The translations under genes and the position numbers were made by a program. Below, one piece after another: positions 22,175-32,956 of a DNA stretch of 64,000 nt (positions within the stretch are counted from its first letter, which is position 1; each line of letters opens with the position of its first letter). The DNA is from an archaeon. GTDB taxonomy: Archaea > AGJL01 > Methanococci > Methanococcales > Methanocaldococcaceae. The DNA lies in contig JAJRSC010000005.1 in assembly GCA_024278985.1 (NCBI GenBank), positions 11,428-75,427 on the forward strand, given 5' to 3'. The notes below the pieces were generated by a model. That model had not been told where the DNA came from. It saw only the letters and a program-made list of their open reading frames with translations, and did not search any database.

Positions 22175-22687
22175 CTATAATAAATTGTTATGTTTTTTTA
22201 TTATATCTTTTTCCTTCTTATTTAATATTTTCATTAGTTTAGAAATTATCAAATCCAAATATATTAAAACAGTCTGTTCAAAACAGGTCCCCATAGGAAG
22301 ATATTCATTTTTATCAACATCAATAATTATTGAAATACCTCCTAAATCTTTTATTTTACTTTGTGGGGTAGTTATTACTATAATATTATTATTAATCAAC
22401 TTAGCTTTTTTAATTATACTTGTTATTGTTTCACATTTTCCAGTTCTTGATATAATAATTAGGATATCATCCTTCTCATATGCAGGAGCTTCTGATAAAA
22501 AGAAAACTCTAAAATCTAAATGCATTAGCCTCATGGCAAAACATCTTCCAACATATCCACTTCTACCAATTCCAAATATAAATATTCTGTTAGCTTTTAA
22601 TATACTATCTATAAAAATAGATGTTTCTTTACTATTTAAGAGATTTTTAAGATTTTTAATATTTTTAAGAACAATGTCTAACTCCAA
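22175..22687 (-). CDS. hxlB: 6-phospho-3-hexuloisomerase (SIS domain)
   Basis: GIGRSG, FAMRLMHL, PMGTCFEQ, C-terminal HNNL. Confidence 0.88.
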   Translation of the reverse strand: MELDIVLKNIKNLKNLLNSKETSIFIDSILKANRIFIFGIGRSGYVGRCFAMRLMHLDFRVFFLSEAPAYEKDDILIIISRTGKCETITSIIKKAKLINNNIIVITTPQSKIKDLGGISIIIDVDKNEYLPMGTCFEQTVLIYLDLIISKLMKILNKKEKDIIKKHNNLL

Positions 22688-22747
22688 AATATAACACCTT
22701 TTTAATTAATATAAATTAATAAATATAAAGTCATAAAAAAAATAAAA

Positions 22748-22860
22748 TGGTGGGGGTGCTGGGATTTGAACCCAGGTCCGGGGATTTCTCCTGCCGGGTG
22801 GTCCAGCGCCCTATAGGCAACTGGAGTCCCCGATGATAGACCAGGCTACACCACACCCCC
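22748..22860 (-). tRNA. tRNA-Trp(CCA) with a ~35-nt intron at position 37/38 (22786-22820); CCA encoded
   Basis: Reverse complement GGGGGTGTGGTGTAGCCTGGT...GGGGACTCCAG[intron]ATCCCC...GGTTCAAATCC...CCCCACCA. Confidence 0.92.
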
Positions 22861-22933
22861 AATAAACTAATAAAATGATTAAATTAAAAAAGGGATATAT
22901 AAATCTTTCCTTAATTAATTTTTTTAAAAATTT

Positions 22934-23383
22934 TTATTCTTTATCTACAACTTTTATAATAAACTTTAATTCTTTTCCAGCTAATTCATGATTAAAGTCT
23001 AAAATAACCTTATCGTCAGTTACTTTAATTATTTTTGCAGGAATACCATTTGCAAGAATATGCATTCCTTCCATTGGTTCAAAATCAGCATCATTAAACA
23101 TTTCTTTAGGAATTTCTTGAATTAAAGCTTCATCTCTTTCTCCATAACCTTTTTCTGGAGGAATAATTACAGTTTTTTCTTCACCTACTTCCATTCCAAT
23201 AACTGCCTCTTCAAAACCTTCAATTAGATTACCTTCTCCAACAACAAACTCAACGGGTTTATATTCTCTATCTTCACTATATATATTATATTTTTTAGCA
23301 ACTTCTTCTATAGAAGTATCTAAAACTTCTCCATCTACTTCTAATATATAATCTACCTTAACTTTATCTCCTTTATTTATCAA
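22934..23383 (-). CDS. FKBP-type peptidyl-prolyl isomerase (short SlyD-like)
   Basis: [30 protein letters not shown]. Confidence 0.92.
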   Translation of the reverse strand: MINKGDKVKVDYILEVDGEVLDTSIEEVAKKYNIYSEDREYKPVEFVVGEGNLIEGFEEAVIGMEVGEEKTVIIPPEKGYGERDEALIQEIPKEMFNDADFEPMEGMHILANGIPAKIIKVTDDKVILDFNHELAGKELKFIIKVVDKE

Positions 23384-23548
23384 ATTTTCAACTCCTTACT
23401 ATTTTAATATTTGTGTCTCTTGTCTATTGTATAAATAGTTTTCTAATAATTAAATAATTATATATTCATATAAATTTTGAGAAAATTATTTATATAACAT
23501 ATTATGACATATATATATAGTTTTCGTAAAAGATATATAGGGGATTTT

Positions 23549-23752
23549 TTGAGAATAAAAATTCTCCATAAGACTCCTAAAGGATTTTTAATAGGAAGAG
23601 GTAATGTAAGGGTAGGGTTAGATGTTTATTTTAAACATAAAAAAATTGGGAAAATTGTGGATATTTTTGGTCCTGTAAATTATCCATATGTAAAAATAAA
23701 ACCATATAAAAATATAATTCCTGATTTTGTATATCTCAAAAATAAAAAGTGA
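23549..23752 (+). CDS. gar1: H/ACA RNP protein Gar1
   Basis: [16 protein letters not shown], immediately upstream of tfb; TTG start at 23549 inferred. Confidence 0.8.
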   Translation: MRIKILHKTPKGFLIGRGNVRVGLDVYFKHKKIGKIVDIFGPVNYPYVKIKPYKNIIPDFVYLKNKK

Positions 23753-24711
23753 TGTTTATGGAATCTCTCCAACTTAAAAAAGAAGAAAAAAAAGAAAATA
23801 ATGAGGAAGAAATTGTTTGTCCTATTTGTGGAAGTAAAGAAATTATTAAAGATTATGAAAGGGCTGAAATTGTTTGTAAAGTATGTGGATGTGTTATTAA
23901 AGAAAATCTTTTTGATGAAGGGCCTGAATGGAGAGCATTTGACCATGAACAAAAAATAAAGAGATGTAGAGTTGGAGCTCCTATAACCTACACTATTCAT
24001 GATAAGGGTCTCTCTACATCTATTGCATGGAAAAATAAAGATAGTTATGGTAAAGAAATATCAGCAAATAAAAAAGCTCAATTATATAGATTAAGAAAAT
24101 GGCAAAGAAGATTAAGAGTTAATGATGCTTCAGAAAGAAACTTAGCCTTTGCTCTATCCCAGTTAGAAAGATTGGCATCTAAATTAAATCTTCCAAAACA
24201 TGTTCATGAACATGCTGCAAGAATTTACAGAAATGCTGTTGAAAAAGGATTAATTAGAGGTAGAAGTATTGAGGGAGTAGTTACTGCTGCAATATATGCT
24301 GCTTGTAGAATGTGTAAAGTTCCAAGAACTTTAGATGAAATAGCAGAAGTTTCAAGAGTTGATAGAAAAGAAATTGGTAGAACTTACAGATTTTTAGCAA
24401 GAGAGTTAGGTTTAAAATTAACTCCTACAAGTCCTATTGACTATGTTCCAAGATTTGCCTCTGAACTTGGACTACCTGGAGAGGTTGAAAGTAAAGCCAT
24501 ACAAATATTAAAAAAAGCAGCTGAAAAAGGTTTAACAAGTGGTAGAGGACCTACAGGTGTAGCAGCAGCTGCAATATATATTGCAAGTGTCTTATTAGGT
24601 TGTAGAAAAACCCAAAGAGAAGTTGCTGAAGTTGCAGGAGTTACTGAAGTAACAATTAGAAATAGATATAAAGAACTAACTGAACATTTAGATATTGATG
24701 TTACTTTATAA
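23749..24711 (+). CDS. tfb: Transcription initiation factor IIB, intein-free
   Basis: Zn ribbon CPICGS..CKVCG, GPEWRAF, two cyclin repeats, [13 protein letters not shown]. Confidence 0.97.
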   Translation: MMFMESLQLKKEEKKENNEEEIVCPICGSKEIIKDYERAEIVCKVCGCVIKENLFDEGPEWRAFDHEQKIKRCRVGAPITYTIHDKGLSTSIAWKNKDSYGKEISANKKAQLYRLRKWQRRLRVNDASERNLAFALSQLERLASKLNLPKHVHEHAARIYRNAVEKGLIRGRSIEGVVTAAIYAACRMCKVPRTLDEIAEVSRVDRKEIGRTYRFLARELGLKLTPTSPIDYVPRFASELGLPGEVESKAIQILKKAAEKGLTSGRGPTGVAAAAIYIASVLLGCRKTQREVAEVAGVTEVTIRNRYKELTEHLDIDVTL

Positions 24712-24719
24712 GTGGGAAT

Positions 24720-26801
24720 ATGGGTATTCTTGATAAACTTGGAGGAGGAAAAAAACCACCTAAAAAGAAATTAGATATATTTAAAAAAAATATTGATATT
24801 ATTGAAAAAGATATTCTAAAAGAAGAGACCTTTAATGAGTATATTTTGGATAAATATAATGTAAAGGTTGATGAAATAGAATTTGAGATTATTATTAAAA
24901 GATTAAATGGAGATACATTTTATTATATCCCAGAAATTGAGTATATAAATGAAGCATTATCCCATCTTTCAAAAGAAAACCTAAACTTATTAAAAATACA
25001 AATTGGAGAATTGGGATTAATAGAATATCAACAAATAAAAAATTATACTATTGATTTTTTATCAAGATATAACCTAAAAGTTCCTTATCCTGAATCTTTG
25101 GCAAAGTTTATTTATCTTACATCTGGAAGATTAGGATTATTAGAGATTCCTTTAAATGATGATTTACTTGAGGAAGTCATGGTTAATGGTTATGATGTGC
25201 CTGCCTTTGTTTTCCACAGAAAGTTTCAGATGTGTGAAACAAATATAGTCTTAGATAGAAATGAAGTTAATAGAATTATTGAAAGCATATCTAACTTAGT
25301 AAATAGGCCAATTGACTCAAGAGTTCCAATGTTAGATGCGTTTTTACCTGATGGTAGTAGAGTTAATGCAACTCTACCAGATATAACATTAAATGGGGCT
25401 ACATTAACTATAAGAAAATTTTCTAAAACCCCATTAACTGCTGTAGATTTACTTAAGTATGGAACTTTTAATCTCGATGTTGCAGCATTCTTATGGCAAG
25501 CTGTTGAGGGTTATTTTGGAGCTAAACCAGCAAATACATTAATAGCTGGAGGTACTGGTTCAGGAAAGACAACTCTTTTAAATATATTATCAATGTTTGC
25601 CATGTACAATGAGAGGATTATAACCATTGAAGATACTCCAGAACTTCAAATTCCACATAAACATGTTATAAAAATGGTTACTCGTCCGGCAAGGCCTGGA
25701 ATGCCTGAATATGAAATTACTATGAACGATTTAATTAAAAACGCTCTAAGGATGAGACCAGATAGAATATTTGTCGGGGAGGTTAGAGGAGAGGAGGCGT
25801 ATTCATTACTTGTCGCTATGAATACAGGACATGATGGGGCATTAACAAAAAATGAAAATATCTACTTATCAAATGGAGAAACCATCCATATTAATAAATT
25901 TGATAGATTTTTTAAGGGAGAAAATTCAATTAAAGAAAATAATGGATTTGAGTGGGTAAATATAGCTGACAAAGAAATATTTATTAAAAGCTTTAATAAA
26001 TCAACATTAAAAATGGAAGATAAGTTAATATCAAGAATTTGGAGAAAAAGATATTCTGGAGAAATGATTAGAATAACAACAAAAACAGGAAGAAAAATAA
26101 CATTAACTAAAGACCATCCTGTATATATATTAAAAAATAATATTATATTTGAAATAAATGCTGAATTTGTTAAAATAAATGATAGAATAGCTCTACCAGA
26201 GAGTCATGATAACTATAATACTCCAAATATATTCTGGGATAAAGTTGTCAATGTTGAAGCAATATATTACAATGGCTATATTTATGATTTAACTGTTGAA
26301 GATAACCATACATATATAGCTGGAAGTTCTGGAGGATTTATGGTCTCAAATTGTTCAGGAACTTTACATGCTAATAGTGCTGATGAAGCAATATTAAGAT
26401 TAAAAAGTCCTCCTATGAATGTTCCAGAAATTATGATATCAGCTTTAGATTTTATTATAAATATTCAGAGAATTAGGAGAGGTGGAAAAACATTAAGAAG
26501 AATTTTAGGAATTGTCGAAATAGTAAAAGGAGATAAAGGAGAGGTTGCTAAAACTACATTATATGAATATAATGGACTTAAAGATACATTAGAAAGACGT
26601 GGAGTTTGTATTTGGGAAGAAGAGGTTTGTGATATTGCTGGAATTAAAAGAGAAGACTTATTAATGGATATAGAAAGAAGAAAAAGAGTATTAAAATATT
26701 TATTTGAAAAGAACATAAATAAGTTAGAAGATGTAGGGCATTATATAAAAGAATACCAAATAGATCCTGATGGTTTATTAACTAAACTTAAAGGAGCTTA
26801 A
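24720..26801 (+). CDS. Type II/IV secretion (TadA/CpaF/KlbA-like) ATPase containing a mini-intein
   Basis: GGTGSGKTT, TIEDTPEL, LRMRPDRIFVGEVRG, MNTGHDG|...|CSGTLHA. Confidence 0.92.
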   Translation: MGILDKLGGGKKPPKKKLDIFKKNIDIIEKDILKEETFNEYILDKYNVKVDEIEFEIIIKRLNGDTFYYIPEIEYINEALSHLSKENLNLLKIQIGELGLIEYQQIKNYTIDFLSRYNLKVPYPESLAKFIYLTSGRLGLLEIPLNDDLLEEVMVNGYDVPAFVFHRKFQMCETNIVLDRNEVNRIIESISNLVNRPIDSRVPMLDAFLPDGSRVNATLPDITLNGATLTIRKFSKTPLTAVDLLKYGTFNLDVAAFLWQAVEGYFGAKPANTLIAGGTGSGKTTLLNILSMFAMYNERIITIEDTPELQIPHKHVIKMVTRPARPGMPEYEITMNDLIKNALRMRPDRIFVGEVRGEEAYSLLVAMNTGHDGALTKNENIYLSNGETIHINKFDRFFKGENSIKENNGFEWVNIADKEIFIKSFNKSTLKMEDKLISRIWRKRYSGEMIRITTKTGRKITLTKDHPVYILKNNIIFEINAEFVKINDRIALPESHDNYNTPNIFWDKVVNVEAIYYNGYIYDLTVEDNHTYIAGSSGGFMVSNCSGTLHANSADEAILRLKSPPMNVPEIMISALDFIINIQRIRRGGKTLRRILGIVEIVKGDKGEVAKTTLYEYNGLKDTLERRGVCIWEEEVCDIAGIKREDLLMDIERRKRVLKYLFEKNINKLEDVGHYIKEYQIDPDGLLTKLKGA
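25839..26351 (+). mobile_element. 171-aa mini-intein, KlbA type (Ala1, penultimate Ser, Asn/Cys+1), no endonuclease
   Basis: Begins ALTKNENIYL, block B TKDHP, block F YIYDLTVEDNHTY, ends FMVSN|C; interrupts the TGHDG-CSGTLH motif. Confidence 0.92.
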
Positions 26802-26802
26802 T

Positions 26803-27813
26803 ATGAACATAAAAAAGATTATTTTAAAGATAAAACTAATATTATATAAATTTGGAATAATTTATTTAGACCCTAAAACACTAAAAGAAATTAAAGAATA
26901 TCTAAAAGAAGATAATAAAAAAACAGAAGCTGAAACTTTTAGAATTACTACAGAATATATAAGTGTTCAAGAATTAGATAAGGAAATTGAAGAGATACTA
27001 TTTTCTAATGAAATTGTAGATAAACCAATTAAAACACTAATTGAAGAACTAAAAAAACGTAAAATTTTTGATAAAAGACTATTAATCTATATTGGTTATG
27101 AAGATGAAATAAAATATTTTAAAGTTGTTATTTTTTATAGCTTAATAGCATTTTTCTTAGTGTTTTTTTTTAATGCCTTAGGTAATAATATTATAGGAGG
27201 AATATTTGAGGGAATTTTTGCTGGAGTAATAACAATAATATTGGCTATTTTTTATCCAAGGTTAAAACTTATAATATTTAAAGGGGAAATTAAATTACAG
27301 ATACTTTTTACTACAATATTTATAATATCTATCCTTAGAGCTGGAGCTTCAATTATGGAAGCTTTTGGAAGAATTGCTTCTTCTAAAGAGTTTGGTATTC
27401 TACACTATGAATTTAAAGAAATATTAAAAGATATTAATTTTGGATATACAATAGTTGAAGCATTAAATAGAGCAAAGAAAAGAACAGAGTTTCCATTATT
27501 AAAAATATTTTATGACCAATTAATTATTGGATATAATAAGGGAAATCTTGATTTATTATTAGAAAAATTTTATGAGGAGATTGTAAGGGAATCCTTAGCA
27601 AAATTAGATTCTTCAAAATTTATGATTCAAAATTTAGGAAATCTTGCATTTGGTACTGGAATCATATTACCATTTAGTGGTATGATAATTTCCACAATGA
27701 TGGCAAATCAAGGGGTTGCAGGAGTTATATCAACACTTAATTTATTACTAACAAAAATAGGCCCTATGCTAACTCTAATATTTAGTATTTTAGTTAAAAT
27801 AAAGATTGAGTGA
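26803..27813 (+). CDS. Type II secretion F / TadB-C-like membrane platform protein
   Basis: TM segments, LRAGASIMEAF, GYTIVEAL; downstream of the secretion ATPase. Confidence 0.8.
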   Translation: MNIKKIILKIKLILYKFGIIYLDPKTLKEIKEYLKEDNKKTEAETFRITTEYISVQELDKEIEEILFSNEIVDKPIKTLIEELKKRKIFDKRLLIYIGYEDEIKYFKVVIFYSLIAFFLVFFFNALGNNIIGGIFEGIFAGVITIILAIFYPRLKLIIFKGEIKLQILFTTIFIISILRAGASIMEAFGRIASSKEFGILHYEFKEILKDINFGYTIVEALNRAKKRTEFPLLKIFYDQLIIGYNKGNLDLLLEKFYEEIVRESLAKLDSSKFMIQNLGNLAFGTGIILPFSGMIISTMMANQGVAGVISTLNLLLTKIGPMLTLIFSILVKIKIE

Positions 27814-28726
27814 TAAATTTATGGATATTAAAGAATTATTTGGAATGTTATACAATTTTTTAATATATAGAAATATTATATACCTAAAAAAATCAGGTAA
27901 AAATATTAATGAATATATGTATTTGGTTATTGTAATAGTAATTATATTATTTAGTGTATTTTTAGGACTATATTTTTCATTAAGTATAAGGGGAATTGTG
28001 TTTTTAATTTTTATATATCTTGGAGCTGCATTTTCACTACCTAAAATATGGTATGAGAATTTAATAGAAAAAATAGAAAAAAACATTCCTAAAGCATTAT
28101 ATATTATGATTATTACATTAGAATCTGGAAGGTCTATAAATGAAGCATTGGAGGAAGTTGTAAAAAGTAATATAAAAGGTGTCAGTCCAATATTTAATAA
28201 AGTTCTTTTATTAATGGAAAAACAAAAGTTAAGATTTGAAGAAGCCATAACCTTGGTCTCAAGCTTTTATGACTCTCTAATATTAAGAATGCTAACAAGG
28301 ATAATTATAGAAAATAAAAAGTATGGTGGAGATTTAGCAAATTCTTTAAGAATTTTAGCTAAAACTCTTGAAAACTTTAGTTTATATAAAAGACAGTTGT
28401 TAAGTGTAACTGCCTCTGGAATTGCTACTGGGATAGTTATTTTATGTTTAGTAGTTCCTGCAATTGGTGGATTACTTGGAGGATATATCTCAGCTATTTC
28501 TGTATATATGTCAGAAATTGGAAAAGGAACCTTACAAAATCCTAAGTTATTCTCTGTTGGTTTGGAAATAGTTGAATTCGGAACTGCAATAATTGGAAGC
28601 TTAATGGCTATTGCCATTTTTGGAATTAAATTAGAAAGAATGTTTTTAGTTGCTGCAATAACTATGACTGTTGGGATGATTGCATATTACGGATTATATA
28701 AAGCAGCTGGATTTATCTTTACATAA
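27806..28726 (+). CDS. Type II secretion F / TadB-C-like membrane platform protein
   Basis: IEKNIPKAL, LESGRSINEAL, GGDLANSL, TM segments. Confidence 0.8.
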   Translation: MSDKFMDIKELFGMLYNFLIYRNIIYLKKSGKNINEYMYLVIVIVIILFSVFLGLYFSLSIRGIVFLIFIYLGAAFSLPKIWYENLIEKIEKNIPKALYIMIITLESGRSINEALEEVVKSNIKGVSPIFNKVLLLMEKQKLRFEEAITLVSSFYDSLILRMLTRIIIENKKYGGDLANSLRILAKTLENFSLYKRQLLSVTASGIATGIVILCLVVPAIGGLLGGYISAISVYMSEIGKGTLQNPKLFSVGLEIVEFGTAIIGSLMAIAIFGIKLERMFLVAAITMTVGMIAYYGLYKAAGFIFT

Positions 28727-29218
28727 ACTATTTATTTCATCATTTAATTTTAATATCCTCAAAATTGTTTCTCTTGTTGCTCCTCTATTTTTAAATTTTT
28801 CTATTACTTTATCAATTTCAACTCTTTTATTACCAAAAATTAAATTATCTGCATGAGCAACTATTTTTTCCTCTAATGTTATAGGAATATAATCCTTATA
28901 GGGTAATCCAAAATTTAAAGCCTCCTTCTTAGTTAATCCTGCTCCTATATGTCTCTCTGCTATTAAAACAATCTCCTTAGGAAATCCATATTCTTCTAAA
29001 ATTATTCCTCCTATGATACCATGCTCTATAGTATGGGTTTTACTCCTTCCAATATCATGTAATAAAGCTCCAACTTTAACAAGTTTAGTATCTACATCAT
29101 AACCATTATTTTTTATTATTAATGATAACTCATAGGCATATTCAGAAACTGCTAAACAGTGTTTTACAACTTCTTCATCACATAATTCTTTTAATAGTTT
29201 TAGAGCCCTAAAAAACAT
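28694..29218 (-). CDS. HDIG/HD-domain phosphohydrolase (TIGR00295-like)
   Basis: KHC, ALLHDIG, EHG, ERHIGAG, AHADN. Confidence 0.85.
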   Translation of the reverse strand: MFFRALKLLKELCDEEVVKHCLAVSEYAYELSLIIKNNGYDVDTKLVKVGALLHDIGRSKTHTIEHGIIGGIILEEYGFPKEIVLIAERHIGAGLTKKEALNFGLPYKDYIPITLEEKIVAHADNLIFGNKRVEIDKVIEKFKNRGATRETILRILKLNDEINSLCKDKSSCFI

Positions 29219-29222
29219 AATC

Positions 29223-29777
29223 TCATTGATTTAAGAATTTGTTTTTTTTTAATTCTTCTTCTAAAAATTTTATATATTCCTCTAACTCTTTGATTATTGA
29301 AGAGTTATCAAACTCCTTTAACATAGCCCCACAGCTTGGACAAATAAAGTTATAATCCATAGCCTCATCAAATGTAAATCTTATATTACATTTATCACAA
29401 TAGAAAAATATGTTATTTTTTTCAAATTCTAATTTTTCTTTTAGAGATTTTAAAAGTTCATTTATTTTTTTTCTTGCTGTGTAAGGTAATTTTTCTAATG
29501 TTGGTTTCCATGTGTAGTAAAACCAATTTCTATCTTCTTCTTTCCATTTTTTATAATCAACTAATCTTGCCTCATACAACTTATATAATAATTTCCTCAG
29601 AGTATTTAATTTTATATTCAACTCTTTGGCAAGTTCATCCTCAGTAGTTTCTCCTTTTCTAAGCATAACTTCAATTAACTCATATCCTTTTTCATCTCCT
29701 TCAAATATATTATATAAAACCTCCTGAATTAATGGGTCTGAAAGCATTTCATATATTTTTTCTTTATTTAACTTCAT
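29223..29777 (-). CDS. tfe: Transcription factor E (TFE-alpha)
   Basis: wHTH (TEDELAKEL..LRKLLYKL, WFYYTW) plus Zn ribbon C..C...FICPSCG. Confidence 0.92.
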   Translation of the reverse strand: MKLNKEKIYEMLSDPLIQEVLYNIFEGDEKGYELIEVMLRKGETTEDELAKELNIKLNTLRKLLYKLYEARLVDYKKWKEEDRNWFYYTWKPTLEKLPYTARKKINELLKSLKEKLEFEKNNIFFYCDKCNIRFTFDEAMDYNFICPSCGAMLKEFDNSSIIKELEEYIKFLEEELKKNKFLNQ

Positions 29778-30814
29778 ATTATCTCCATTTTTATTTTTTC
29801 TTTTAGAAGTTTATGTTTATTTTCTGTAATTATTGTTGTAATTGGATTATTTTTTCTTATTATTGCTCCATTTTTTGGTAAATCATAAAAATATTTCATT
29901 CTTGGGACATAATATTTTCCACTACTTTTTGCAAAGATTACCCTCTTTATAATTCTTTTTTTAGGTTTAACAGGATGATTTTTTAAGATTGACAAGGCAA
30001 TATTTTGATTAGAACATATTTCAATTGAGTCATAAGTTCCTAAAATTCTTGGATTTATATCTATAATATATGGATTATTATCCTTAATTAAGAAATCAAA
30101 ACCATTCATTCCTCTTAAATCAAATATGTTTATTAAATCTTCAAATATTTTAATAAATTCCTTTTTGAGAGAATAAGGGACAATATTCCCAGCATAGATT
30201 CCATTAAATAATATTTGTTTATTAAATGTTATAAAACTATTGTTAATAAAGTTAATACTAAAACTGCCTCCTGGAATATACTCCTGAGCTAATATTGGAA
30301 AAGAAATATTTTTTTTTAAAGTATTTAGCTCATCATTTAAAGATATCTTAATAACACCCTTACCATTTAATGGCTTTAAAACAATCTTTTTATGCTCATC
30401 TAAGAATTTTATAAGTTGTTTAAAACTATTTATTTTTTTATATGTGGGAACAAAATAACCAAGATTATAGAGTTTTTTATAAATATATAATTTATTACTA
30501 AGGTTATATATAGTTTTTGGAGAATTTCCAACTATATTCCAATTAACTTTTTTATAGTAATTTTCAAAAACTCCTGAAGTTATAAATACATAATCAACAT
30601 CATCAGCTAATTCATCAGCTTTATTAATTAAATCCTTCTCATTAAAATTTTCCCAAAAATTACCATGATTATCTTTATTAATAAAATAATATTTTTCATC
30701 AGCTTTTAAATCCTCTGGACAGTAATAGGAAACTGATATAACATAATATCCTAATTCCTTTAATGAATTTACTACTGCTCTTGTATTTATTCCAACTACT
30801 AAAACTTTCTTCAT
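29774..30814 (-). CDS. ATP-grasp domain protein
   Basis: VGINTR, VLKP, QEYIPG, GFDF, IDINPR. Confidence 0.82.
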   Translation of the reverse strand: MKKVLVVGINTRAVVNSLKELGYYVISVSYYCPEDLKADEKYYFINKDNHGNFWENFNEKDLINKADELADDVDYVFITSGVFENYYKKVNWNIVGNSPKTIYNLSNKLYIYKKLYNLGYFVPTYKKINSFKQLIKFLDEHKKIVLKPLNGKGVIKISLNDELNTLKKNISFPILAQEYIPGGSFSINFINNSFITFNKQILFNGIYAGNIVPYSLKKEFIKIFEDLINIFDLRGMNGFDFLIKDNNPYIIDINPRILGTYDSIEICSNQNIALSILKNHPVKPKKRIIKRVIFAKSSGKYYVPRMKYFYDLPKNGAIIRKNNPITTIITENKHKLLKEKIKMEII

Positions 30815-31743
30815 AATAGTTCCTTTCTAAGTTCTCCTAAGGTAGTATTTATTTCAGCAAAAGCATTATGCCTATGAATACTCTCAAAATTTATCTGTTT
30901 TATATGAACTTTTGTTTCATCTGGTAGATGGTTGAATTTTTTAACAATTCTGTTTGCCATTTCCCTAACACAATCCTCTACAAATTTAGGGTTAGTATGG
31001 CTTTTTTTAACAACATATGCCTCATCTACTCTCTTCAATATTCCATAAATTTCTGCACTCATTGAATTTTTTATTATATTAATAATATCTAAAATCTCAA
31101 CATAATAATCTTCTGGAATTTCAAGAATTATTTTTCCAATTCCTCTTTGGTTGTGGGTTGCAAAAATAACACTATCCAATATTTTTAAAATATCCTCATC
31201 ACTAAATCCTTTATTTTTTAAATTTTCAATACATATTTCTTTTATTAAGTTCTGAGCACATGGGCATGCAGTTATTCCAACAACTTCTGCTCCTACTATT
31301 TTAGTAATCTTTAAATTATCATTTTCTTTAATTCCTTTAGCCCCTCCAATTATTTTATGAACTTCTTGAGAGATTTTTTTTGAGATTGGACTCTTTTCTT
31401 CTAACATAAAATCACTAATCATTAACACCTCAGCCCTATTTGCATATTCATGTTTCTTAAACAATCTTTTAACAATTTCCTCACATATTGTTTCCATTTC
31501 ATAACTCTCCATTTTTAATGCTTCATCAATTATTTCCTCTATAACTTCTGGATGCCTTGACATATGTATTCCTTTTTGGGAACTTGGTAAATTAACAGAA
31601 ACATCAAAGGTTGGAAGTAATATTATAGGTCTTTTTCCATTTCTTTTTATTCTAACAAGTTTTTTTAAATTAGATATACCAACCTTTGTTAAGGATATTT
31701 TTATATCTGGTTCTATATTTTGTATATCACATTTCCAATTCAT
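30811..31743 (-). CDS. mptA: GTP cyclohydrolase IV (methanopterin biosynthesis)
   Basis: DIQ, KGIHMSR, TACPCA, THNQRG, FVEDCVR, ESIHRHNA. Confidence 0.93.
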   Translation of the reverse strand: MNWKCDIQNIEPDIKISLTKVGISNLKKLVRIKRNGKRPIILLPTFDVSVNLPSSQKGIHMSRHPEVIEEIIDEALKMESYEMETICEEIVKRLFKKHEYANRAEVLMISDFMLEEKSPISKKISQEVHKIIGGAKGIKENDNLKITKIVGAEVVGITACPCAQNLIKEICIENLKNKGFSDEDILKILDSVIFATHNQRGIGKIILEIPEDYYVEILDIINIIKNSMSAEIYGILKRVDEAYVVKKSHTNPKFVEDCVREMANRIVKKFNHLPDETKVHIKQINFESIHRHNAFAEINTTLGELRKELL

Positions 31744-32956
31744 TTTTATCCCCTAATAAAACATCAATTAACTCTCTTGATAGTCTATAATAAACATTGT
31801 TTCCTTTTCTTTCTTTATAAATATATCCCATTTCATAAATATCTGAAAGATGTGTTCCAATAGTTCCAGGAGATTTTTTTAAATATTCTGAAAGTTGTGT
31901 TACTGTTGTACTACCTCCAAGTTTTGCCATAGCCTTAACAATTTCAGATTGAGCAGGAGTTAAATGGTTTAAAATCTGATGTCCAATACTTATTCCCAAA
32001 GAATGTATTGCTTCACTAACAATTTTCTCATCTATTTTATTTAAGTTCTTTTTTATAGCTATTGATATAGATTCTGAACATGTCATTATTATTTTTCTTG
32101 GTATCCCATCACATAATTCAACAATTTTATCAATTGCCTCTCTAGTAAATGGTTCAAATTCTTCAGCCCCTTCTATATGAGCATCTTCTAATCTTCTCCT
32201 AATTAAGTCATATGATTCTTCTGTTGAAAGAGGAGGCATATTTATAATCTTTGGAATTCTATCCTTTATAGGTGGAGATATTTTAGTTAGGTCTTCCATC
32301 AATGTTGGAGAACCTGCTAAGAATGTTAATATTCCTTCTTCATATAAAAAAGAATGGAAAAATTGTAAGAGTGATAAACAACTTTTCTTAGCAAATTGGT
32401 CAGCTTCATCTATTAAGATTATACATAATTTATTCCTATCTTTAACTTCATTAATTAAAAATTCTAAATCCCTCTCTATTCTCTCTCTTGGATAATGTAT
32501 AGGAACTTTATCTCCATAGTTGTTTAATTTTTTGTACATATCAATTATTTTAGAGGAATACTCCAAATAATCAGATTTTATTGTTCCATTTATTGTAAAT
32601 AAATTTTCTGTTAAAATATTGTATAGTAATTGGATTAAAAACTGTCTTGGAGTTATTTGTGATGCTGTAAGTTCTACGACCCAATGACCTTGTTTTTTTG
32701 TAGCATAGTATATAATATTAAGCATTGAACTTTTACCAATTCCTTTAGTTCCTACAATTGCTGCATTGGCAACACTACCATGCATTGCTGACCCTAAAAT
32801 TTCTCCAATTTCTCTTAACTCACTAACCCTTCCAACAAAAAATTTTGTGTTTCCTCTAATAGGCTTTTCTGAAAATGGATTATACTTTAATTTAAGTTTA
32901 TGCATAGTGTTTGTTATCGACCTTGCCGATTCTTGTATAAATTCAATTGGGTCCAT
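31727..32956 (-). CDS. AAA+ ATPase with C-terminal winged helix (MJ0774-like; divergent Cdc6/Orc1-like architecture)
   Basis: NPF...FVGRVSEL, Walker A GTKGIGKSS, Walker B ILIDEAD, KDRI, DGIPR, C-terminal HTH (TVTQLSEYLKKSPGTIGTHL..IYEMGYI). Confidence 0.85.
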   Translation of the reverse strand: MDPIEFIQESARSITNTMHKLKLKYNPFSEKPIRGNTKFFVGRVSELREIGEILGSAMHGSVANAAIVGTKGIGKSSMLNIIYYATKKQGHWVVELTASQITPRQFLIQLLYNILTENLFTINGTIKSDYLEYSSKIIDMYKKLNNYGDKVPIHYPRERIERDLEFLINEVKDRNKLCIILIDEADQFAKKSCLSLLQFFHSFLYEEGILTFLAGSPTLMEDLTKISPPIKDRIPKIINMPPLSTEESYDLIRRRLEDAHIEGAEEFEPFTREAIDKIVELCDGIPRKIIMTCSESISIAIKKNLNKIDEKIVSEAIHSLGISIGHQILNHLTPAQSEIVKAMAKLGGSTTVTQLSEYLKKSPGTIGTHLSDIYEMGYIYKERKGNNVYYRLSRELIDVLLGDKNELEM

